Assembly (NCBI RefSeq): GCF_030384885.1
Contig: NZ_CP128613.1
Length of the DNA stretch: 64,000 bases
Reading direction: 5' to 3' (one strand)
From: Escherichia coli
Lineage (GTDB): Bacteria > Pseudomonadota > Gammaproteobacteria > Enterobacterales > Enterobacteriaceae
Every line of letters starts with the position of its first letter. Position 1 is the first letter of the stretch. A program made the position numbers and the translations under genes. Below, in pieces: positions 50,498 to 59,557 of this stretch. The notes beneath the pieces are model-generated. The model ran no database searches, was not told the DNA's origin, and saw nothing but the letters and a program-made list of their open reading frames with translations.

Positions 50498-51181
50498 ATG
50501 AAACTGTTGATTGTCGAAGATGAAAAGAAAACCGGCGAATACTTAACCAAAGGGTTAACCGAGGCCGGTTTTGTGGTTGATTTGGCCGATAACGGGCTGA
50601 ATGGATATCATCTGGCGATGACAGGTGATTATGACCTGATAATCCTCGATATTATGCTGCCGGACGTGAACGGCTGGGATATTGTGCGCATGTTGCGTTC
50701 CGCCAATAAAGGGATGCCGATTCTGTTGCTTACCGCGCTTGGCACCATTGAACATCGCGTCAAGGGGCTGGAGCTGGGAGCGGATGACTATCTGGTGAAG
50801 CCGTTCGCTTTTGCTGAACTGCTGGCACGGGTGCGCACTCTACTGCGGCGCGGGGCGGCGGTAATTATCGAAAGTCAGTTTCAGGTTGCCGATTTAATAG
50901 TTGATCTGGTCAGCCGCAAAGTCACCCGCAGCGGCACGCGCATCACTTTGACCAGTAAAGAATTTACTCTGCTGGAGTTTTTCCTCCGCCATCAGGGTGA
51001 AGTGCTGCCCCGCTCGCTTATCGCCTCGCAGGTGTGGGACATGAATTTCGACAGCGACACTAACGCTATTGATGTGGCGGTGAAGCGGCTACGCGGCAAA
51101 ATCGACAATGATTTCGAGCCAAAGTTAATTCAGACCGTACGCGGCGTAGGTTACATGCTTGAGGTGCCGGATGGCCAGTAA
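50498..51181 (+). CDS. cusR: copper-responsive two-component response regulator (OmpR family)
   Basis: 227-aa ORF recognised as CusR; GGAGGA RBS. Confidence 0.93.
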   Translation: MKLLIVEDEKKTGEYLTKGLTEAGFVVDLADNGLNGYHLAMTGDYDLIILDIMLPDVNGWDIVRMLRSANKGMPILLLTALGTIEHRVKGLELGADDYLVKPFAFAELLARVRTLLRRGAAVIIESQFQVADLIVDLVSRKVTRSGTRITLTSKEFTLLEFFLRHQGEVLPRSLIASQVWDMNFDSDTNAIDVAVKRLRGKIDNDFEPKLIQTVRGVGYMLEVPDGQ

Positions 51182-52619
51182 GCCGTTTCAGCGCCCGTTT
51201 TCGCTGGCAACCCGCCTGACCTTTTTTATCAGCCTTGCCACCATTGCAGCGTTTTTCGTCTTTGCCTGGATCATGATCCACTCGGTAAAAGTGCATTTTG
51301 CCGAGCAGGATATTAATGATTTAAAAGAGATTAGCGCCACATTCAGGCGTGTTCTTAATCATCCCGAAGAGACACAAGCCCGACGCTTAATGACGCTGGA
51401 AGATATCGTCAGTGGTTATTCCAACGTGTTGATTTCTCTGGCAGATAGCCACGGTAAAACGGTGTATCACTCCCCCGGTGCGCCGGATATCCGCGAGTTT
51501 GCACGTGATGCCATACCCGATAAAGACGCTCGGGGCGGCAAGGTGTATCTCCTTTCCGGCCCGACAATGATGATGCCAGGCCACGGTCACGGGCATATGG
51601 AACACAGCAACTGGCGGATGATTAACTTGCCGGTTGGCCCGTTGGTGGACGGCAAACCGATTTATACGCTCTACATCGCGCTGTCTATCGATTTTCATCT
51701 TCATTACATTAATGATTTGATGAATAAACTTATTATGACCGCATCGATCATCAGCATCCTGATCGTCTTTATCATGCTGTTGGCGGTACATAAAGGCCAC
51801 GCGCCAATTCGCAGCGTCAGCCGTCAAATCCAGAACATTACCTCGAAAGATCTCGACGTTCGCCTTGACCCGCAGACCGTGCCGATTGAGCTGGAACAGC
51901 TGGTACTGTCGTTCAACCATATGATCGAGCGTATTGAGGATGTCTTTACCCGCCAGTCCAATTTCTCAGCGGATATCGCTCACGAAATTCGTACGCCAAT
52001 TACGAATCTCATTACGCAAACGGAAATCGCCCTCAGCCAGTCGCGCAGCCAGAAGGAGCTGGAAGATGTGCTCTACTCTAATCTCGAAGAGCTGACGCGA
52101 ATGGCGAAAATGGTCAGCGATATGCTGTTTCTCGCTCAGGCCGATAACAACCAGTTAATCCCCGAAAAGAAAATGCTCAACCTGGCGGATGAAGTTGGCA
52201 AAGTGTTCGATTTTTTCGAGGCGTTAGCGGAAGATCGCGGCGTAGCACTACGGTTTGTTGGCGACAAATGTCAGGTTGCGGGCGATCCGCTGATGCTGCG
52301 TCGGGCGCTAAGCAACCTGCTTTCTAACGCTCTGCGTTATACGCCGCCCGGAGAGGCAATTGTAGTGCGCTGCCAGACGGTCGATCACCAGGTGCAAGTT
52401 ACCGTCGAAAACCCCGGTACGCCCATTGCGCCCGAGCATTTACCGCGTTTGTTTGACCGTTTCTACCGCGTTGATCCTTCCCGCCAGCGAAAAGGTGAAG
52501 GTAGCGGCATTGGGCTGGCGATAGTGAAATCGATTGTTGTCGCGCATAAAGGCACGGTTGCAGTAACGTCAGATGCGCGGGGAACAAGGTTTATGATCAA
52601 ACTACCGGAGAAAGGTTAA
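51171..52619 (+). CDS. cusS: copper-sensing two-component histidine kinase
   Basis: ORF recognised as CusS; start placed at ATG 51171 ([10 protein letters not shown]), overlapping cusR end; the ORF-track start at 51159 is TTG. Confidence 0.88.
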   Translation: MASKPFQRPFSLATRLTFFISLATIAAFFVFAWIMIHSVKVHFAEQDINDLKEISATFRRVLNHPEETQARRLMTLEDIVSGYSNVLISLADSHGKTVYHSPGAPDIREFARDAIPDKDARGGKVYLLSGPTMMMPGHGHGHMEHSNWRMINLPVGPLVDGKPIYTLYIALSIDFHLHYINDLMNKLIMTASIISILIVFIMLLAVHKGHAPIRSVSRQIQNITSKDLDVRLDPQTVPIELEQLVLSFNHMIERIEDVFTRQSNFSADIAHEIRTPITNLITQTEIALSQSRSQKELEDVLYSNLEELTRMAKMVSDMLFLAQADNNQLIPEKKMLNLADEVGKVFDFFEALAEDRGVALRFVGDKCQVAGDPLMLRRALSNLLSNALRYTPPGEAIVVRCQTVDHQVQVTVENPGTPIAPEHLPRLFDRFYRVDPSRQRKGEGSGIGLAIVKSIVVAHKGTVAVTSDARGTRFMIKLPEKG

Positions 52620-53283
52620 TTAGTTAGTTCAAACTCAAAGAGTGATGTATCGCCTTCTGTTATTATTTATCAATAAAACAGGGAAGACCTTATTGGTCGT
52701 CTGAAATCGACGGTTATTCATTTTCGGATATTTACGAGATATTTAGATATGCAATTTAATCAAATTCGTGTTTCTACCAATTGTAGAGCACAATGCTATT
52801 ACTAAATTTTCATCACTATAAAAGAATCGGCTATAATATAAAGCGCAGTCAGGCATCATTAATCTCTATATTATTCACACAATCTATTTATCAAGTGAAT
52901 TTGATAAATTCCTAATTTAAAATATTCACTATTAAGCCAGCGTCTAACGACGTTAAGATGGCAATGTGCAGATCATGTTATCAGGGTGGGGCGGTAGCGT
53001 ATATTCCTTATACAAACCATCATTCATTTCAATAATGTTTATTGAGTTATTTATTATTGTGAATAAAAAGACATTACAAATATTGGTTTGACTTTGCATA
53101 TCAGGTGTTTTTTTTGTTACTCGATGTAATATACGAGCCTGTCCTTAATAACATCGTGAACCCGTCAGTTGAGTTTGTGATTATTTTGTTGAGTCAACAG
53201 CCCCCTGTTTCTCTGAAGTAAAATCCCGGACAAAATCATCACATAACCATGACACTTTTCTGATATTCCCCGGTAACGCCTGA

Positions 53284-54534
53284 AGCCTGCCCGCTTACCT
53301 GAAGGCGCAGTCTGCGGGCAGGCACCGGATAAGTGAAGAGACTGACCAGTATGCCGGAGGCCACCGGCTGAAACAGGCCGGAAACACGCAGTATGACTAT
53401 GACGCCGCAGGCCGGATGGTCAGCCGCACCAGGCACCGTGACGGCTACCGCCCGGAAACAGAGCGGTTCCGGTGGGACAGCCGGGACCAGCTGACCGGGT
53501 ATTGCAGCGCACTGGGGGTGCAGTGGGAATACCGCCACGACGCCAGCGGCAGACGGACGGAAAAACGCTGCGACCGGAAGAAAATCCGTTTTACGTACCT
53601 GTGGGACGGCGACAGTATTGCGGAAATGCGGGAATACCGGGATGATAAACTGTACAGCGTACGGCACCTGGTGTTTAACGGCTTTGAGCTGCTGAGTCAG
53701 CAGTTCAGCCGGGAAAGGCAGCCGCATCCGTCCGTGGCCCCGCAGTGGGTGACGCGGACGAGCCATGCGGTAAGCGACCTGACAGGCCGCCCGGTGATGC
53801 TCTTTAACAGTGAAGGTAAAACCGTCTGGCGGCCGGGACAGACCAGCCTGTGGGGGCTGGCACTCAGCCTGCCCGCAGACACCGGCTACCCGGACCCGCG
53901 CGGGGAACTGGACCCGGAAGCCGACCCCGGCCTGCTGTATGCAGGACAGTGGCAGGATGCAGAATCCGGGCTGTGCTATAACCGGTTCCGGTACTACGAG
54001 CCGGAAACCGGGATGTACCTGGTGAGTGACCCCCTGGGGCTGGCCGGGGGGGAGCAGACTTACCGGTATGTGCCTAATCCATGTGGGTATGTTGATCCTT
54101 TGGGATTAGCAACGTGTCCCATAATCAGACAGCGGGTGCTTGCTAACCTCGAAGCCAGTCGGGCAGCAAGAGTTACATCAAATTTTGGTAAGCCTCTGGT
54201 TCAGGGAAATAAAACGATTGGCGATAAAGTAAGGGATATAATTGCCAAAGAGAGGGGAACCACTCTAATTGAACAAAATTATAGAGTGACAGGAGGATTA
54301 AGGCGTATTGACGTTGTTGATGGAGTAACGGGTATTGAATCTAAAGTCGGTCGAACAGGGATAACTGCCCGAGTACGGCAAGAGGTAGCCCGTGATATTA
54401 AGATTTTGAGAAGTGGGCAACTTGATCAAATTGAATGGGTGTTTACAAGAAGTCCAACTACAGGGAAGATTGGGCCAACTAAACCACTTGAAGATCTGTT
54501 AAATAAACATGGTATACCGATTATTTATCGATAA
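53284..54534 (+). pseudogene. 5'-truncated Rhs remnant: ~275 aa of Rhs core C-terminus plus a ~141-aa polymorphic C-terminal toxin domain (orphan rhs-CT)
   Basis: open frame from 53284 with YD-repeat-like residues and the terminal DPxGL(x)nDPLGL motif; C-terminal domain begins at 54109 where GC content drops; first ATG at 53416; the >1000-aa N-terminal part of a full Rhs is absent. Confidence 0.7.
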
Positions 54535-54545
54535 GGAGTGATAGT

Positions 54546-55103
54546 GTGAAACTCAAACCGATTGGTGATTTTTTAATTAATAGTGGGTTCGTGAAAAATA
54601 GTGACACTGACTTTTATAAAGTGCATGATAAGTTTGTATACTGTATAAATTTTCAAAAAAAGAGCACGGGTGATATTTTTTTTATAAACACAGGTGTTCA
54701 TCCTATATTCGAAGGTTTTTGCAATGAACTACCAACAAAAGAAATAGATTGCTACATTCGTAATCGTGTGTGTGATGGACTAAGTATATCTTTGCTGAAT
54801 TCTTTTGAAGGTGATGAATTTGTTATCAATGAGATAAAGGATAAAGCGTTTTGTTTTTTTGAATACTTTGATTCATTGAATAAAATATTCGATAGTATTC
54901 GTGTTGTCGATATTGAAGAGAGAAATATTTGCGATGAGCTAAGTAATGTAAGTAGCGTAAGATTAGCTTTGATGTGTATGAACTACCAATATGAGAAAAA
55001 AAATTTGGGACTTGCTTCAGATTTTGCGAACTATGGTCTTGCTATATCTAGAGGCCCGGTACCGAAAAAAGCATTTAAGGATATGATAAAAAAAATAGAG
55101 TGA
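54546..55103 (+). CDS. putative cognate immunity protein of the Rhs-CT toxin
   Basis: 185-aa AT-rich ORF starting with GTG 7 nt after an AGGAG RBS and 12 nt after the rhs-CT stop; typical position and composition of Rhs immunity genes; no recognisable domain. Confidence 0.5.
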   Translation: MKLKPIGDFLINSGFVKNSDTDFYKVHDKFVYCINFQKKSTGDIFFINTGVHPIFEGFCNELPTKEIDCYIRNRVCDGLSISLLNSFEGDEFVINEIKDKAFCFFEYFDSLNKIFDSIRVVDIEERNICDELSNVSSVRLALMCMNYQYEKKNLGLASDFANYGLAISRGPVPKKAFKDMIKKIE

Positions 55104-55109
55104 TATCTA

Positions 55110-55425
55110 ATCCGCTGTAATGCCAATTGTCTGTGTACAGAGAAGGTTAACGGCCTGGATGAGACAATCGTCTACACATGGGACGCTGCAGGCCGCCTGG
55201 CAGAAATCATCGCCCCGGAAGGGAAAACGCAGTACGCGTATGACAAATCCGGCAGGCTGACGGGTATCTTCAGCCCGGACGGCATATCACAGCGCACCGG
55301 CTACGACGAACGCGGGCGGGTGAATGTCGCCACGCAGGGCAGACGGGCCATTGAATACCACTACCCAGGGAAAGATCACGTAACGCTGCTTTTTTGTACT
55401 AAACAATTCGAATTTTATGTTTAAA
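55110..55425 (+). pseudogene. internal Rhs core fragment (YD-repeat segment) without start codon
   Basis: translates to ...VYTWDAAGRLAEIIAPEGKTQYAYDKSGRLTGIFSPDGISQRTGYDERGR..., i.e. Rhs YD repeats, ending in a short divergent tail; GC-rich. Confidence 0.5.
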
Positions 55426-55509
55426 AATTGAGATATTCCTCATTACCTGAAGCTGTTTTTTATTGCTTATACATGATCAAATACTCCTTACATAATTAAG
55501 GAGAACAAA

Positions 55510-56643
55510 ATGGAACTTAAAAAATTGATGGAACATATTTCTATTATCCCCGATTACAGACAAGCCTGGAAAGTGGAACATAAATTATCGGACATTCTAC
55601 TGTTGACTATTTGCGCCGTTATTTCGGGTGCAGAAGTTTGGGAAGATATAGAGGATTTTGGGGAAACACATCCCGATTTTTTGAAGCAATATGGTGATTT
55701 TGAAAATGGTATTCCTGTTCACGATACCATTGCCAGAGTTGTATCCTGTATCAGTCCTGCAAAATTTCACGAGTGCTTTATTAACTGGATGCGTGACTGC
55801 CATTCTTCAGATGATAAAGACGTCATCGCAATTGATGGAAAAACACTCCGGCATTCTTATGACAAGAGTCGCCGCAAGGGAGCGATTCATGTCATTAGTG
55901 CGTTCTCAACAATGCACAGTCTGGTCATCGGACAGATCAGGACGGATGAGAAATCCAATGAAATTACAGCTATCCCAGAACTTCTTAACATGCTGGATAT
56001 TAAAGGAAAAATCATCACAACTGATGCGATGGGTTGCCAGAAAGATATTGCAGAGAAGATACAAAAACAGGGAGGTGATTATTTATTCGCTGTAAAAGGA
56101 AACCAGGGGCAGCTAAATAAAGCCTTTGAGGAAAAATTTCCGCTGAAAGAATTAAATAATCCAGAGCATGACAGTTACGCAATGAGTGAAAAGAGTCACG
56201 GCAGAGAAGAAATCCGTCTTCATATTGTTTGCGATGTCCCTGATGAACTTATTGATTTCACGTTTGAATGGAAAGGTCTGAAGAAATTATGCGTGGCAGT
56301 CTCTTTTCGGTCAATAATAGCAGAACAAAAGAAAGAGCCAGAAATGACGGTCAGATATTATATCAGTTCTGCTGATTTAACCGCAGAGAAGTTCGCCACA
56401 GCAATCCGAAACCACTGGCACGTGGAGAATAAGCTGCACTGGCGTCTGGACGTGGTAATGAATGAAGACGACTGCAAAATAAGAAGAGGAAATGCAGCAG
56501 AATTATTTTCAGGGATACGGCACATCGCTATTAATATTTTGACGAATGATAAGGTATTCAAGGCAGGGTTAAGACGTAAGATGCGAAAAGCAGCCATGGA
56601 CAGAAACTATCTGGCGTCAGTCCTTGCTGGGAGCGGGCTTTAG
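55510..56643 (+). CDS. H-repeat-associated protein (ISAs1-family transposase)
   Basis: 377-aa ORF recognised as YhhI/YdcC/YbfD-type H-rpt protein; AAGGAGAA RBS; sits downstream of the Rhs fragments as in Rhs elements. Confidence 0.85.
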   Translation: MELKKLMEHISIIPDYRQAWKVEHKLSDILLLTICAVISGAEVWEDIEDFGETHPDFLKQYGDFENGIPVHDTIARVVSCISPAKFHECFINWMRDCHSSDDKDVIAIDGKTLRHSYDKSRRKGAIHVISAFSTMHSLVIGQIRTDEKSNEITAIPELLNMLDIKGKIITTDAMGCQKDIAEKIQKQGGDYLFAVKGNQGQLNKAFEEKFPLKELNNPEHDSYAMSEKSHGREEIRLHIVCDVPDELIDFTFEWKGLKKLCVAVSFRSIIAEQKKEPEMTVRYYISSADLTAEKFATAIRNHWHVENKLHWRLDVVMNEDDCKIRRGNAAELFSGIRHIAINILTNDKVFKAGLRRKMRKAAMDRNYLASVLAGSGL

Positions 56644-56681
56644 TGAGTAGGCCACCGGAACCTCCCCGACAGCCTCTCGCA

Positions 56682-56715
56682 GAACCGTACGTGAAACTCT
56701 CGCTTCATACGGCTC
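56682..56715 (-). ncRNA. group II intron catalytic domain V
   Basis: minus-strand sequence GAGCCGUAUGAAGCGAGAGUUUCACGUACGGUUC matches the domain V consensus (AGC triad, GUAU...ACGUAC helix) just 3' of the RT stop. Confidence 0.75.
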
Positions 56716-56718
56716 CCG

Positions 56719-58041
56719 TCAGGCAAACGCGCTTCCTGGTCCTGCTTTCCAGTGGGCAAACAACTCCGGCTTCTCTTTTGACAGCCTTTCCATTAGCTGA
56801 CACGCCTTCGTCTTTCTATACCGCAGGGTTTTATATTTCTTTCTCGCCCACGCAATCAGCGTCAGATTAATATATCTGCATACTTTCTTCATCGCTGATT
56901 TGTGGTATCTCGCGTAATAATTCAGCCACCCCGATATTATCGGATTCAGCCACTTCGCAATATCTTCGAGACTCATCTCCACCCTGCGTCTGATCCACAG
57001 TTTCCTGAGTTTTCCAATCATGCCTTTCTGCGCACGGTTACTCGCCGCCGGGCTGAAACTCGTAAAGAGGTTCCCCCGCCGGTGGTTACGTGCTCTTCGC
57101 GCTCTGAACGTATACCCCAGAAAATCAAACTGCACTGTTTCATGGTTCGCCTGTCGTTCGCTGTCTTTGCAGTAAACTATTTTCGTTTTCTCCGGATGTA
57201 ATTCCAGTCCACATTCCTGAAAACGTTTTGCCAGCTTATTCAGTAATTCCTCTGCCTGTTGTTTACTGCCACAATGAATTAATCCATCATCTGCATAACG
57301 GCACCAGGGAATTTCCGGATAATGTAACGTCAGCCATTTATCAAACACATAGTGCAGAAATAAATTCGCCAGTACCGGGCTGATGACTCCACCCTGTGGC
57401 GTACCTTTATTTCTTTCCTTCAGTGTTCCATCCGGCATCTGCACCGGCGCTGTCAGCCAGCGGCGAATAGACAGTCTTACCCATTTATCCGCACAATGTT
57501 TATCTACTGCCCTGAGTAATAAATCGTGGGGGATATTATCGAATAACCCTTTAATATCAAACTCAAGACACCAGTCGTATTGCCAGCAACGTTTTCTGGT
57601 GACTGCTATTGCATCCAGCGCTGATTTTCCATGCCGGTATCCGTATGAATCATTCAGGAAATAACGCTCCACTAATGGTTCAAACGTTACCAGCACCGTC
57701 ATCTGCGCTATTCGATCGCTTACTGTCGGTATTCCTAAAAGTCTTTTGCTGCCATCCTTCTTCGGAATTTCCACCGCACGCACTGGCGGCGGCATCCAGC
57801 TTCCCGACGATAACCTGTTCCAGATTTTGTACAGATTTCCTTTCAGATCCCGCTCAAAATCTTTCAGCGTCTGGTTATCCACTCCGGCAGCTCCGGCATT
57901 CGCCTTTATCCGCCGGTACGCTTCCACCACATGCAATTTACTGACCTGAAACGGTTTTGTCTGTTCACACACAGCCTCCTCCTGCCTACAGTTGGGCTGT
58001 GATGCAGACTGCCCGACGCTGTCCCTTCGCTCCACGTTCAT
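56719..58041 (-). CDS. group II intron-encoded reverse transcriptase/maturase
   Basis: RT motifs including GAAGVD, GTPQGGVISP and YADD; start placed at MNVERRDS (about 440 aa); the 505-aa ORF to 58236 probably over-extends into intron domains I–III. Confidence 0.82.
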   Translation of the reverse strand: MNVERRDSVGQSASQPNCRQEEAVCEQTKPFQVSKLHVVEAYRRIKANAGAAGVDNQTLKDFERDLKGNLYKIWNRLSSGSWMPPPVRAVEIPKKDGSKRLLGIPTVSDRIAQMTVLVTFEPLVERYFLNDSYGYRHGKSALDAIAVTRKRCWQYDWCLEFDIKGLFDNIPHDLLLRAVDKHCADKWVRLSIRRWLTAPVQMPDGTLKERNKGTPQGGVISPVLANLFLHYVFDKWLTLHYPEIPWCRYADDGLIHCGSKQQAEELLNKLAKRFQECGLELHPEKTKIVYCKDSERQANHETVQFDFLGYTFRARRARNHRRGNLFTSFSPAASNRAQKGMIGKLRKLWIRRRVEMSLEDIAKWLNPIISGWLNYYARYHKSAMKKVCRYINLTLIAWARKKYKTLRYRKTKACQLMERLSKEKPELFAHWKAGPGSAFA

Positions 58042-58543
58042 TACAAACGCTTCCTCACTACTACGAACAGCTCTGCCCCGGTTTCGCACATCGATACTCT
58101 CATACTCATAATTTCGGTTATTTGTATTTCTCTCTTGACATTGCGACGACCGGTTCCCGTAGTTCCTGCAAAGAGCCCGATACAGCGTCATGCCTGCTAT
58201 ACACCGGACATCATTCACGCAGCATTCGGAATTCACCCGTAAATTAATCCCGGCGGTATCACGAAACCTCCGGTTTTGATGTCACTTAGGACTAACGACG
58301 TTTCAACACAGGTTCGGGTTTACTCATCTCACTGTATCTCACATAGGATCAGATCTCGTCTGATCGTTCCCCCTGCGCTCACTACCATGGCTCTTTACCA
58401 CAGCAGCCGGGGTTGTTTGGGACCGACTTCCGACAGCAGATCCCGGTGGGCCTGCCACCATCTCTTCACAAGCTTATGCTTATTACATGCAAAACGTCCC
58501 GTTTTGCATCTTTGTGCCTACGGCACACCGTAATCTTTCCCTG

Positions 58544-59300
58544 TGTCATTAGTGCGTTCTCAACAATGCACAGTCTGGTTATCGGACAGATCAAGACGGA
58601 TGAGAAATCCAATGAAATTACAGCTATCCCTGAACTTCTTAACATGCTGGATATTAAAGGAAAAATCATCACAACTGATGCGATGGGTTGCCAGAAAGAT
58701 ATTGCAGAGAAGATACAAAAACAGGGCGGTGATTATTTATTCGCTGTAAAAGGAAATCAGGGGCGGCTTAATAAAGCCTTTGAGGAAAAATTTCCACTGA
58801 AAGAATTAAATAATCCAGAGCATGACAGTTACGCCATTAGTGAAAAGAGTCACGGCAGAGAAGAAATCCGTCTTCATATTGTTTGCGATGTCCCTGATGA
58901 ACTTATTGATTTCACGTTTGAATGGAAAGGTCTGAAGAAATTATGCGTGGCAGTCTCCTTTCGGTCAATAATAGCAGAACAAAAGAAAGAGCCAGAAATG
59001 ACGGTCAGATATTATATCAGTTCTGCTGATTTAACCGCAGAGAAGTTCGCCACAGCAATCCGAAACCACTGGCACGTGGAGAATAAGCTGCACTGGCGTC
59101 TGGACGTGGTAATGAATGAAGACGACTGCAAAATAAGAAGAGGAAATGCAGCAGAATTATTTTCAGGGATACGGCACATCGCTATTAATATTTTGACGAA
59201 TGATAAGGTATTCAAGGCAGGGTTAAGACGTAAGATGCGAAAAGCAGCCATGGACAGAAAGTATCTGGCGTCAGTCCTTGCGGGGAGCGGGCTTTCGTAA
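58544..59300 (+). pseudogene. 5'-truncated second copy of the H-repeat transposase gene
   Basis: near-identical to residues ~129-377 of the 55510-56643 ORF from [11 protein letters not shown] onward; lacks the N-terminal third. Confidence 0.8.
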
Positions 59301-59557
59301 TCTTTCCCTGCCCTGCTCACCTCCTCCAGGCACTTCCACAACATGATGACCTGATCGGTTGCCGCCTATCCTCCTCACTATGACCTTCACCTCCGCGCTT
59401 TTGCCTACATCCTGCACAATCGGCAACTTTTATAACCAGTGTAAAAATAACGTGCCGCAATAATCCTACCTATTAATGATAAAAAGCTGTCACAATTCAT
59501 AAAAAACTTTAATATACGCCACCCTAAACATAACCAGCGTTAATGTAAGGTTTTTGT

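Larger units (their letters stand above)
56642..58528 (-). mobile_element. group II intron (~1.9 kb) inserted at the 3' end of the H-repeat element, antisense to the H-rpt ORF
   Basis: 5' end GUGUG at 58528 (minus strand); internal RT/maturase ORF; canonical domain V at 56682-56715; boundaries approximate to ±3 nt. Confidence 0.75.

Noticed and set aside
56902-57949. Plus-strand ORFs of 93-111 aa inside the group II intron
   Set aside because: Antisense to the RT/maturase ORF; no motifs; regarded as shadow ORFs.
58042-58236. N-terminal 65-codon extension of the group II intron RT ORF
   Set aside because: Group II RT ORFs normally start inside domain IV; the extension (MNSECCVNDVRC...) lacks RT motifs and probably reads through structured intron RNA. 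The start is therefore placed at MNVERR, though this is not certain.
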